The notes beneath the pieces are model-generated. The model saw only the letters and a list, made by a program, of their open reading frames with translations. It searched no databases and was not told where the DNA came from. Below are positions 56,513 through 64,000 of a DNA stretch of 64,000 nucleotides, piece after piece; the stretch's first letter is position 1; each line of letters starts with the position of its first letter. The DNA is from an uncultured Oscillospiraceae bacterium (GTDB taxonomy: Bacteria; Bacillota; Clostridia; RUG12999): NCBI GenBank assembly GCA_964418245.1, contig CAYQKW010000001.1, positions 1,101 through 65,100 of the forward strand, in the 5' to 3' direction. The position numbers were made by a program, and so were the translations under genes.

Positions 56513-58219
56513 TCATTTCACTATTTCCGCTTCGCAAACGGGTATCATGCTTTCAAAACTTTTCCACACCATGATTTTTGCCGATGTGAAATCTGCATTC
56601 GCAACAAAATGTACGTTTTCGTCTGCGTTTGTTACATACTGAAAATCAACAAGCTTGTTGTTATTGTAACAAGCAAGTGCAACACACACTTTTTCGGGCA
56701 TATATTTTAATTCCGAAATAAAAATCTTCTCTCCTCTTGCGGCAATTTTACAGCTTGTTGAAGTGGTCGGTTTATATTCCCATGAAGCATATAGTGTTTC
56801 GGCACTGCCGCAATACGGAAAAGACACGGGCGAACTGCTTAAATCTTCGGTTTCATACCAACCGAAAAGTTTTTTGTTTTTATCTTTCAGCTCCGGAGAT
56901 TTCAGCACGGCATAGTCTGTTATATCCGGCAATTGCTCGTCATATCCCGAATTAAATTTATATGTCTTTTTATTTGCGTTGCAAATAACATTTTTATCGC
57001 TCAAAGGATTATTCTCAATCTTATTCCAGCTTTCGTCGTCACCTGCATAAAACACGGTATCTATTGAAGAAACGGGATTTAAATGGTGCATATTCTCAAA
57101 GTTTTGCGGCAACCCTATATATTTCAATTTAACACCATCGCCCAAAAAAGGAACTGATTTTATTTCACTGCCGAAAGAAATATATTCCAATGCCGGGCAA
57201 TTTCGAAAAGCATAATCACCGATGTTTGTAACGCTGTCGGGGATTATCAGCGACGTCAAAGAGGAACAGCCCGCAAATGCCAATTTGCCTATATTCGTCA
57301 CGCTGTCGGGAATTGTGATTTCTTTCAACGACAATGCCGTTTGAAACGCAAAATCTTCAATTTGTGTTATACCATTCGGAATTATATATTTGCTTTCGGA
57401 TTTATTTGGAGCATAACATATTAATTTCGTTTTATCTTTACTGAAAAGATTTCCGTCAACCGAACAGAAATCGACATTTGCAATGTCAACACCGAAATTT
57501 GAAAGAGCTTGGCAGTTTGCAAAAGCCCAATCTCCGATATTCGCAACACTGCTTGGGACGGAAATGTTTTTAATTCCACACCCAAAAAATGCACTCTCTC
57601 CGATAGCCGTAATGCCGTTTGCAAGAGTAATATCCGTTATGTTGCTGCAAAGTAAAAACGCTTCTTTTCCTATTGATATAACACTGTCGGGCAAACATAC
57701 GCTTTTTAAATTTTTATAGCCGTAAAATGCATAATCCCCAATCTTGGTAACACCGTCCGGAATTACAAGATTCTCAACCGCTTCGCCGTTAAGATATAAA
57801 TTTGCGTAATACAGCGGATTTGAATATGAAATATGAACATACGGATAACCTTCCGCAAAGCTGCCGCCTTTAAATTCAATACCGCACCATGCGGCAAGGT
57901 CCGAAATATGCACACTTGTTAAACCTGTGCAGTCGGCAAAAGCATCTTCACCAATTAAATTCACGCTGTTCGGTATGGTTATGCTTGTGAGGTTGCGGCA
58001 ACCCTCAAATGCATATTTGCCGATAGCCGTGACGGAATATCCGTCGATTTTTTCCGGAACGGCAATTGAAGTAACATCGTGAGAGCAGTCTGTGATTGTA
58101 ATTTCACCGTCGGTAATTACATAAGAAAGTCCGTTAGAATATTCCGCAGAAACCGTAAACGCTCCGCAAGAAACAATACATACAAAAATAATCATAAGCA
58201 AGAGTAATTTCTTTTTCAT
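56513..58219 (-). CDS. Secreted leucine-rich-repeat (BspA/LRR_5-type) surface protein
   Basis: Signal peptide MKKKLLLLMIIFVCIVSCGAFTVSA. About 23-aa repeats such as IPDSVTNIG.YAF..C..L. A non-repeat C-terminal region of roughly 190 aa. Confidence 0.85.
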   Translation of the reverse strand: MKKKLLLLMIIFVCIVSCGAFTVSAEYSNGLSYVITDGEITITDCSHDVTSIAVPEKIDGYSVTAIGKYAFEGCRNLTSITIPNSVNLIGEDAFADCTGLTSVHISDLAAWCGIEFKGGSFAEGYPYVHISYSNPLYYANLYLNGEAVENLVIPDGVTKIGDYAFYGYKNLKSVCLPDSVISIGKEAFLLCSNITDITLANGITAIGESAFFGCGIKNISVPSSVANIGDWAFANCQALSNFGVDIANVDFCSVDGNLFSKDKTKLICYAPNKSESKYIIPNGITQIEDFAFQTALSLKEITIPDSVTNIGKLAFAGCSSLTSLIIPDSVTNIGDYAFRNCPALEYISFGSEIKSVPFLGDGVKLKYIGLPQNFENMHHLNPVSSIDTVFYAGDDESWNKIENNPLSDKNVICNANKKTYKFNSGYDEQLPDITDYAVLKSPELKDKNKKLFGWYETEDLSSSPVSFPYCGSAETLYASWEYKPTTSTSCKIAARGEKIFISELKYMPEKVCVALACYNNNKLVDFQYVTNADENVHFVANADFTSAKIMVWKSFESMIPVCEAEIVK

Positions 58220-58403
58220 TTATCATTCTTCTTTCGTAAAAATTCGTATATTATAATTATATCACAAACCTTGCGAAATGTAAAGAGTTTTTTTAAAAAT
58301 ACACAAAAGTATGTTTATGATGCAAAACAACTGCTGTTTTCTGTGGAATTTACCTTAAAAAATGACAATCGAAAAGAAAATTTATTTTTTTTGTAAAAAA
58401 CTC

Positions 58404-58431
58404 TTGTTTTTATTTAAATTTGTGGTATAAT
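58404..58431 (+). promoter_or_regulatory. Sigma-A type promoter for zapA
   Basis: TTGTTT, 16-nt spacer, TGg-TATAAT. Confidence 0.45.
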
Positions 58432-58486
58432 ATATATTGAGACAAATGATATGTATTTATTGAGGTTTATGTAAGAAGGTGGAAGT

Positions 58487-58876
58487 GTGGAAAAAAACAA
58501 GCTTAAGGTTTTGATAGACGGCAGAGAATATACGGTTAAATCCGAGATGCCGGTTAAGGACATTCAAGAGGTTGCTTTTACGGTTGATTCGCACATCGGA
58601 GAAATAAGAAAAAGCGAATGCGGAATAGGCTTGAGCACGGTTATGGTTTCGGTGCTGGCGGCTCTTAATGTTGCGGAAGATTATATAAAGCTTAAAAAAA
58701 CATATGAAGAACTGAACAAAAAATACACACAGCTTCTGAAATCCGATGAAAAAAACAAGGCAGAGAATCTGGATTTAAAGAGTATTAAAGAAGAATACGA
58801 AAAATTGCAGAAAGAATATATCAAAGCAGAAACAATGTTAAAATCACGGGGAATAAATTCAAATGACAAAAAGTAA
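58487..58876 (+). CDS. zapA: Cell division protein ZapA
   Basis: KLKVLIDGREYTVKSEMP N-terminal pattern plus a C-terminal coiled coil. GTG start after a GAAGGTGGA RBS. Confidence 0.8.
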   Translation: MEKNKLKVLIDGREYTVKSEMPVKDIQEVAFTVDSHIGEIRKSECGIGLSTVMVSVLAALNVAEDYIKLKKTYEELNKKYTQLLKSDEKNKAENLDLKSIKEEYEKLQKEYIKAETMLKSRGINSNDKK

Positions 58877-60887
58877 ATTATTGCTTCCGGCATCACTTAT
58901 TACATATAAAACAGCTGTTCAGGCAGGTGCGGATGAAATATATCTCGGAACAGAAAAGTTCGGAGCAAGAAGTTATGCGGAAAACTTTGATATTGAGCAA
59001 CTTGAAGAGGCGGTTGATTACTGCCATTTAAGAAATGTGTCGGTTCACCTCACAATGAACACTCTTGTGAAAAAAAACGAAATGAAAGAATTTGTTCGCA
59101 TTGCCGAAAAAGCAATGAATATCGGTGTTGACGCTTTCATTGTGCAAGACCTTGCGGCGGCGGAAATATTGATAAAATCCGGAGCGGAAGTTCACGCAAG
59201 CACACAGCTTACAATTCATAATACAGCCGGGGCGAAGTTTGCGGAAGATTTCGGGTTTTCACGTGTTGTCCTGTCACGCGAAATGAATAAAGAAGAAATA
59301 AGAAAAATAACAGAAAATTGTAATATAGAAACAGAAATATTTGTTCACGGGGCTTTATGTATGTGTTACTCCGGGCAGTGCCTGATGAGCAGTATGATTG
59401 GCGGAAGAAGTGCAAATCGCGGCAAGTGTGCCCAGCCGTGCAGACTGCCGTATAAATTTTTGAAAGACGGCAAATTTGTTAAGCAGGGATATTTTTTAAA
59501 TCCTTACGATTTATCGCTTGCGGATATGTTGAATGAAATCAAGACGCTGAACATAACCTCGCTGAAAATTGAAGGCCGCATGAAAGGGAAAGAATATGTT
59601 GCGGCGGCGGCACACGAATATCGTGCGGCACTTGACGGCAGTGAATATGACAAAGATGTTTTAAAAGCGGCATTTTGCCGCGGCGGAAAGTTTACGCATG
59701 GCGGTTTCGGCGGAGAAAAAGGCAAAAAAATAATCTCGTTTGCCAAAGGAAACAGCGACGTATATGCAATACGTGACGTAACAAAGCTCAATAAAATCAA
59801 TACGTACATTGCGGATAATGCCAATATAAAAAAACAGCCGGCGGATATTAAAGTATATATAATTCCCGGCAAACAAATGACAGCCGTATTAAAATGCGGT
59901 GATTTTGAAGTTACAGCATTGGGGGCGGTTGCGGATACCGCAGAGAAAAGACCTCTCAGCCGCGAAGATGTTGAAAAAAGCATGAATAAAACCGGGGATA
60001 TGCCGTTTTATATAAAAAATACGGATATAGTATGCGAAAATGCATTTGTCCCCGTAAGCTCGCTTAACGAACTGCGCAGAAAAGCTTTCGGGATGCTTGC
60101 GGAAAAAATTGCGGAAAACAGCAAAAAAACAGCTGTGTTCAAATTGCCGCAATTATCCGAAACCCCAATATATCCGAAGAAAAAAACAAACATTTGGATA
60201 AGCACGAAGAAACAGCTTGAAGCCGTGAAAAACAAAGCGGAGATAACACTGTTTGTTCCGCTTGATATATATGACGGAGTGGGATTCTGTGTTATCCCCG
60301 ATATAATCCGCAACACAGATTATTATATAAACGAAGTGAATAAAAGAAATATCAAAAAAGTTGCATCGGGAAATTTGGGATTTATATACGAGGCTTTAAA
60401 AGCCGGTCTTGATGTGTATCTTACATATGCGGCAAATGTATTTTCAAAATATGATGAAGAAATGTGGCTCAGGCGCGGAGTGTGCGGAATGCAGGTTTCT
60501 CCCGAACTGAGTTTGAAAGAAATTGACTTTTCCGATAAATCTTCTGTTATTGTTTACGGCAAAATTGTCATGATGAAAACGGCAAATTGCCCGGCGTACA
60601 CGGTATTCGGAAAATGCGGAGAAGCCGCGGAATGCTCGCTTACCGACAGAAAAAACGAAAATTTCAAAATGTATTCGGATTGCCGCGAATGTGTTACATA
60701 TATATATAATTCAAAACCTGTATATATGGCGGATAAATTGCGGAATATTAAAAACGCCGGAGCTTTTGACATTGTATTTACCGACGAAGCCCCGGATATG
60801 TGCCGTAAGGTTCTTGAACTTTTTGATTCGGAGGAGCCATGTCCGTTTGATTTTACGAGAGGACATTTTACAAGAGGTGTGCTGTGA
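58863..60887 (+). CDS. U32-family peptidase-like protein (long form)
   Basis: LLLPASLITYKTAVQAGADEIYLG...FGAR N-terminus and the U32 signature E.FVHGALCMCYSGQCLMS. Confidence 0.9.
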   Translation: MTKSKLLLPASLITYKTAVQAGADEIYLGTEKFGARSYAENFDIEQLEEAVDYCHLRNVSVHLTMNTLVKKNEMKEFVRIAEKAMNIGVDAFIVQDLAAAEILIKSGAEVHASTQLTIHNTAGAKFAEDFGFSRVVLSREMNKEEIRKITENCNIETEIFVHGALCMCYSGQCLMSSMIGGRSANRGKCAQPCRLPYKFLKDGKFVKQGYFLNPYDLSLADMLNEIKTLNITSLKIEGRMKGKEYVAAAAHEYRAALDGSEYDKDVLKAAFCRGGKFTHGGFGGEKGKKIISFAKGNSDVYAIRDVTKLNKINTYIADNANIKKQPADIKVYIIPGKQMTAVLKCGDFEVTALGAVADTAEKRPLSREDVEKSMNKTGDMPFYIKNTDIVCENAFVPVSSLNELRRKAFGMLAEKIAENSKKTAVFKLPQLSETPIYPKKKTNIWISTKKQLEAVKNKAEITLFVPLDIYDGVGFCVIPDIIRNTDYYINEVNKRNIKKVASGNLGFIYEALKAGLDVYLTYAANVFSKYDEEMWLRRGVCGMQVSPELSLKEIDFSDKSSVIVYGKIVMMKTANCPAYTVFGKCGEAAECSLTDRKNENFKMYSDCRECVTYIYNSKPVYMADKLRNIKNAGAFDIVFTDEAPDMCRKVLELFDSEEPCPFDFTRGHFTRGVL

Positions 60888-61387
60888 AAAACAAAAAACT
60901 TGTTTTGATTGCCGTAACGGGCGCGCTGAGCGGTGGGCTTGCGGCAGCCGAAAGCATGATTTCGATTAATATTTTACCGGGAGGAAAAATAGGACTTGCA
61001 AATATTGCACTGATTATTACGGCACTGCTGTACGGGTTTAAAGAAACGGCGGCAGTGGGTATACTGAAAAGCATATTGGCATTGTTTATCACCGGCAGTG
61101 TAACGGGATTTGCATATTCGGTATGCGGCGGACTTGTGTCGGCGGCAGTTATGAATTTTGTTAAAAAATTCAAAAACATAAGTGCGGTCGGAATGGGTGT
61201 TTCGGGTGCATTTGCAAATAATCTTGTGCAAACCGGTGTTGCGGCGGTTATTATGTCAAATCCATATATAATGTATTATACCGGTATTTTGGGCCCGGTA
61301 AGCATTGTAACCGGTGTATTCACCGGCTGTGCGGCAAAAATGTGTGTGAAATATATAACCGAAAGCAATCTTCCGTTTGCCGCATAA
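60884..61387 (+). CDS. Gx-transporter family membrane protein (heptaprenyl diphosphate synthase component I-like)
   Basis: 167 aa with about 5 TM segments. The GTGA start overlaps the U32 stop. Family call is from memory. Confidence 0.65.
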   Translation: MKNKKLVLIAVTGALSGGLAAAESMISINILPGGKIGLANIALIITALLYGFKETAAVGILKSILALFITGSVTGFAYSVCGGLVSAAVMNFVKKFKNISAVGMGVSGAFANNLVQTGVAAVIMSNPYIMYYTGILGPVSIVTGVFTGCAAKMCVKYITESNLPFAA

Positions 61388-61431
61388 TGCAACGAGGGTT
61401 CGTCCACTACTAAGACAAAGAGGGAAATTAT

Positions 61432-62007
61432 ATGTGTAAATTTATATTGGCGTCAAAATCGCCCAGAAGAAAAGAAATTTTAAAAGCAATAGGAACAGAT
61501 TTTAAAACGGCGGTGTCGGATGCGGATGAAAACATAGATAAAAACATCGAGCCATCGCTGTATGTACAGGAACTCGCGATGATTAAAGCCGCGGCGATTA
61601 AATCAAAAGATGCAAAATATATAATAGCGGCAGATACTGTTGTATACTTTAACGGCAGAATAATGGGAAAACCGCATACAGAGCAAGAAGCATATCAAAT
61701 GCTTGAAGCCCTTTCGGGCAATACACATTGTGTTTATACCGGGATATGTGTATGCGATACCGAAAACGGCGTTTCCGCAACCGATTACGAGAAAACGGAT
61801 GTTACGTTTGGCATACTTGCGCCCGATGAAATCAATAAATATATAAAAAGCGGAGAGCCGTTTGACAAAGCCGGAGGATACGGAATACAGGGCAAGGGTT
61901 CGCTGCTTGTTGAAAAAATATCCGGAGATTATTTTAATGTTGTGGGTTTGCCAGTTGCAAAACTGAATAAATTATTGAAAAAAGAATTTAATACAGAGTT
62001 GATATAA
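61432..62007 (+). CDS. maf: Maf-like nucleoside triphosphate pyrophosphatase
   Basis: [13 protein letters not shown] and GAYGIQG-type motif ([27 protein letters not shown]). Confidence 0.95.
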   Translation: MCKFILASKSPRRKEILKAIGTDFKTAVSDADENIDKNIEPSLYVQELAMIKAAAIKSKDAKYIIAADTVVYFNGRIMGKPHTEQEAYQMLEALSGNTHCVYTGICVCDTENGVSATDYEKTDVTFGILAPDEINKYIKSGEPFDKAGGYGIQGKGSLLVEKISGDYFNVVGLPVAKLNKLLKKEFNTELI

Positions 62008-62021
62008 AAGGAGAGATACAA

Positions 62022-63041
62022 ATGTTTTCAAAAGATATAGGAATTGACCTTGGAACAGCCAACACGCTTGTATATTTAAAAGGTGACGGAATTGTTGTGA
62101 ACGAACCGTCGGTTGTTGCGATAAATCAGGCTACCGGAGAGGTGCTTGCCGTAGGGAACGAAGCAAAAGAAATGATAGGCAGAACGCCCGGAACAATAAT
62201 GGCAGTAAGACCCATGAAAGACGGCGTTATTGCAGATTTTGAAGTTACGCAGGCAATGATAAAAAAATTCATTGAAAAAGCGGTTAAAAAAAGAAGTTTC
62301 TTTTTCAAACCGTTGCTTGTTGTTGCAATTCCGTCGGGGGTGACGGAAGTGGAAAAGCGTGCGGTTGAAGAAACGGGACTGCAAGCCGGAGCAAAAGAGG
62401 TTTATATGGTGTATGAGCCGATGGCATCATCTATCGGTTCGGGGCTTCCCGTCGGCGACCCCACAGGAAGTATGATTGTTGATATTGGCGGCGGAACAAG
62501 TGAAGTGGCGGTTATTTCGCTCGGCGGAATAGTAATATGCAATTCACTCAGAGTTGCCGGTGATACATTTGATTCTTCAATAGTAAATTATGTAAAACGC
62601 GAATGCAATCTTCAAATCGGAGACAGAACGGCGGAAGAAATAAAAATCGGCATAGGTTCCGCATATCCGTATGAGGACGAAGCGTATATGGATATAAAAG
62701 GGCGCGACCTTGTAACGGGTCTGCCCAAAGTGACAAAAATCAAAGCATCGCAAATACGGGAAGCATTGAGCGAACCTGTCAGTGAAATTATTGAGTGTAT
62801 AAAAACAACACTTGAAAAAACACCTCCGGAGCTTGCGGCGGATATTATGGAAAGAGGTATTATGCTTGCGGGCGGCGGTGCACTTCTGCGCGGTCTTGAT
62901 AAAATCATTTCAATAGAAACCAAAATACCGGTAAATGTTGCAAACGAACCGTTGAACGGTGTGATACGCGGAATAGGAACAATACTTGAAGGTGACGAAA
63001 GAGAAAAACTGCGTAAAATTCTTGAAACATCAAAAAGATGA
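62022..63041 (+). CDS. mreB: Rod-shape determining protein MreB
   Basis: [13 protein letters not shown] and [16 protein letters not shown] actin-fold motifs. Confidence 0.95.
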   Translation: MFSKDIGIDLGTANTLVYLKGDGIVVNEPSVVAINQATGEVLAVGNEAKEMIGRTPGTIMAVRPMKDGVIADFEVTQAMIKKFIEKAVKKRSFFFKPLLVVAIPSGVTEVEKRAVEETGLQAGAKEVYMVYEPMASSIGSGLPVGDPTGSMIVDIGGGTSEVAVISLGGIVICNSLRVAGDTFDSSIVNYVKRECNLQIGDRTAEEIKIGIGSAYPYEDEAYMDIKGRDLVTGLPKVTKIKASQIREALSEPVSEIIECIKTTLEKTPPELAADIMERGIMLAGGGALLRGLDKIISIETKIPVNVANEPLNGVIRGIGTILEGDEREKLRKILETSKR

Positions 63042-63397
63042 TTACAAAAACAGATTTTATTGTAATTTGTTTTGTTGCAATGTTTTCACTATTGGTATCT
63101 TTCATTTGCGGTTTTGCCGAAATTGAAACAAAAACCGCTGTTATCGAAGTTGACGGCAATGTTTTTGCGGAATATGAGATGGATAAAATATCGAGAGAAA
63201 AAATTGTTGATGTATACGGCAGAAACACAGTGAAAATAACAAATGAATACGTTCAGGTCACATACGCCGACTGCCCCGATAAACTCGACGTAAAACAGGG
63301 TAAAATCACAAAACCGGGGCAGACAATAGTGTGTTTGCCGAACAAAATGACTGTTACGATAAAAGATAAAAAAGAATATGACGATATAAGCAGATAA
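63038..63397 (+). CDS. NusG domain II-containing membrane protein (DUF1312-like)
   Basis: N-terminal TM segment. [32 protein letters not shown] resembles the NusG_II motif. The ATGA start overlaps the mreB stop. Confidence 0.6.
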   Translation: MITKTDFIVICFVAMFSLLVSFICGFAEIETKTAVIEVDGNVFAEYEMDKISREKIVDVYGRNTVKITNEYVQVTYADCPDKLDVKQGKITKPGQTIVCLPNKMTVTIKDKKEYDDISR

Positions 63398-63516
63398 GTA
63401 TTCTGCATTTTTCGGTTCGGGAGAAATCTTTAAAAATCGCTTTCTTATCATTTTACCTGCGGATAAGGGCGGTCTGAAAATGTTTGTGCCGTGCAGGCGG
63501 CGGAATAGAGGGGTTT

Positions 63517-64000
63517 ATGATAATCGGAATCTTAAAAAAGAAATTCATTCCGTTTATTCTTGTTGTTTCAATTGCAATAGGTGCGGTTGCGGCGGCAAAA
63601 CACATATTTTTTAAAGACGGAAACGGCAAAGTCAATTTTATATCCGACGCTGTCGGAATTATTATATCTCCCGTTCAGGGGGCATTTTCGTGGGTATTTG
63701 ATAACATAGCCCACATAGGCGTGTATTTTTCAAATGTGGACAGGCTCGAAAAAGAAAATACAGAACTTAAAAAGAATGTTCTTCGTCTTCAGGCGGATTT
63801 GAGCGAAAAAGAAAAATTCGAGCAAGAAAACGAACGCCTGCGTGGATTGCTTGATTTGAAAACAGCAAACAAAAACTATGATACGGTAGGTGCGTCGGTA
63901 ATCGGCAGAGAAGCCGATTTCAGCACAGGAATAATCAAAATTGACAAGGGTACAATAGACGGGATTTCAAAAAACGATGTTGTAACAGACAGTGCCGGGC
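63517..64000 (+). CDS. mreC: Rod-shape determining protein MreC (5' part; runs off the window)
   Basis: ATG after a GAGGGG RBS. N-terminal TM segment, then coiled coil LEKENTELKKNVLRLQADLSEKEKFEQENERLRGLLDLK. The frame is open to the window end. Confidence 0.85.
   Translation, partial: MIIGILKKKFIPFILVVSIAIGAVAAAKHIFFKDGNGKVNFISDAVGIIISPVQGAFSWVFDNIAHIGVYFSNVDRLEKENTELKKNVLRLQADLSEKEKFEQENERLRGLLDLKTANKNYDTVGASVIGREADFSTGIIKIDKGTIDGISKNDVVTDSAG

Noticed and set aside
56405-56710. 101-aa + strand ORF downstream of the PAP2 gene.
   Set aside because: It is antisense to the 3' end of the LRR protein gene, has no RBS and is Cys/Phe-rich. I treat it as a shadow ORF.

Overview
The window looks like a low-GC Firmicutes (Clostridia-type, probably spore-forming) chromosome. 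Nearly all genes are on the + strand and almost every long antisense ORF in the track is a shadow ORF. I found no rRNA, tRNA, CRISPR array, transposase or prophage.

The one clearly accessory block is a ~17 kb bacterial microcompartment (BMC) locus at about 970-17,700, built around a glycyl radical enzyme (GRE).
- Enzymes: GRE, a short PflA-like activase, class II aldolase, Zn-dependent alcohol dehydrogenase, acylating aldehyde dehydrogenase, PduL, a PduS-like flavoprotein and a DUF336 protein.
- Shell: seven genes (3 BMC-H, 1 permuted PduU-like, 2 BMC-T, 1 BMC-P), plus a PduV-like GTPase.
- Regulator: a DeoR-family gene downstream.
- It most resembles the fucose/rhamnose-type GRE microcompartment (GRM5-like).
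- It carries extras I do not associate with that type. A xylose-isomerase-like TIM-barrel gene and a Cof-HAD phosphatase are translationally coupled to the GRE. An EEP-family phosphatase/nuclease and a 112-aa unknown protein also sit inside the locus.
- A strong promoter is followed by a ~260-nt hairpin-rich leader.

The rest is housekeeping:
- aspartate aminotransferase; a DeoR + GlpT/UhpC-like MFS pair next to a LacI-family remnant; cysK + Rrf2; sbcDC; mnmE-tsaD; ACT/UPF0210 pair
- a nine-gene V/A-type ATPase operon; an AraC remnant; an acyltransferase; bioY; nnr
- ydcC-like lipoprotein-alr-mazEF; dinB; uppP; mutS2; pgeF; split transketolase; PAP2; an LRR surface protein
- zapA-U32; Gx transporter; maf-mreB-(NusG_II)-mreC

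Observations beyond the ORF track:
- an unlisted SpoVM-like 22-codon ORF and a 52-codon membrane ORF
- a collinear three-block intergenic element shared by the BMC and V-ATPase operons
- a cluster of GTAGGG-prefixed hairpins upstream of transketolase
- two equally good in-frame start sites on one BMC-H gene
- patchy 100% nucleotide identity among the BMC-H paralogs

All homology statements come from reading the translations and from memory of the families. No search was run.
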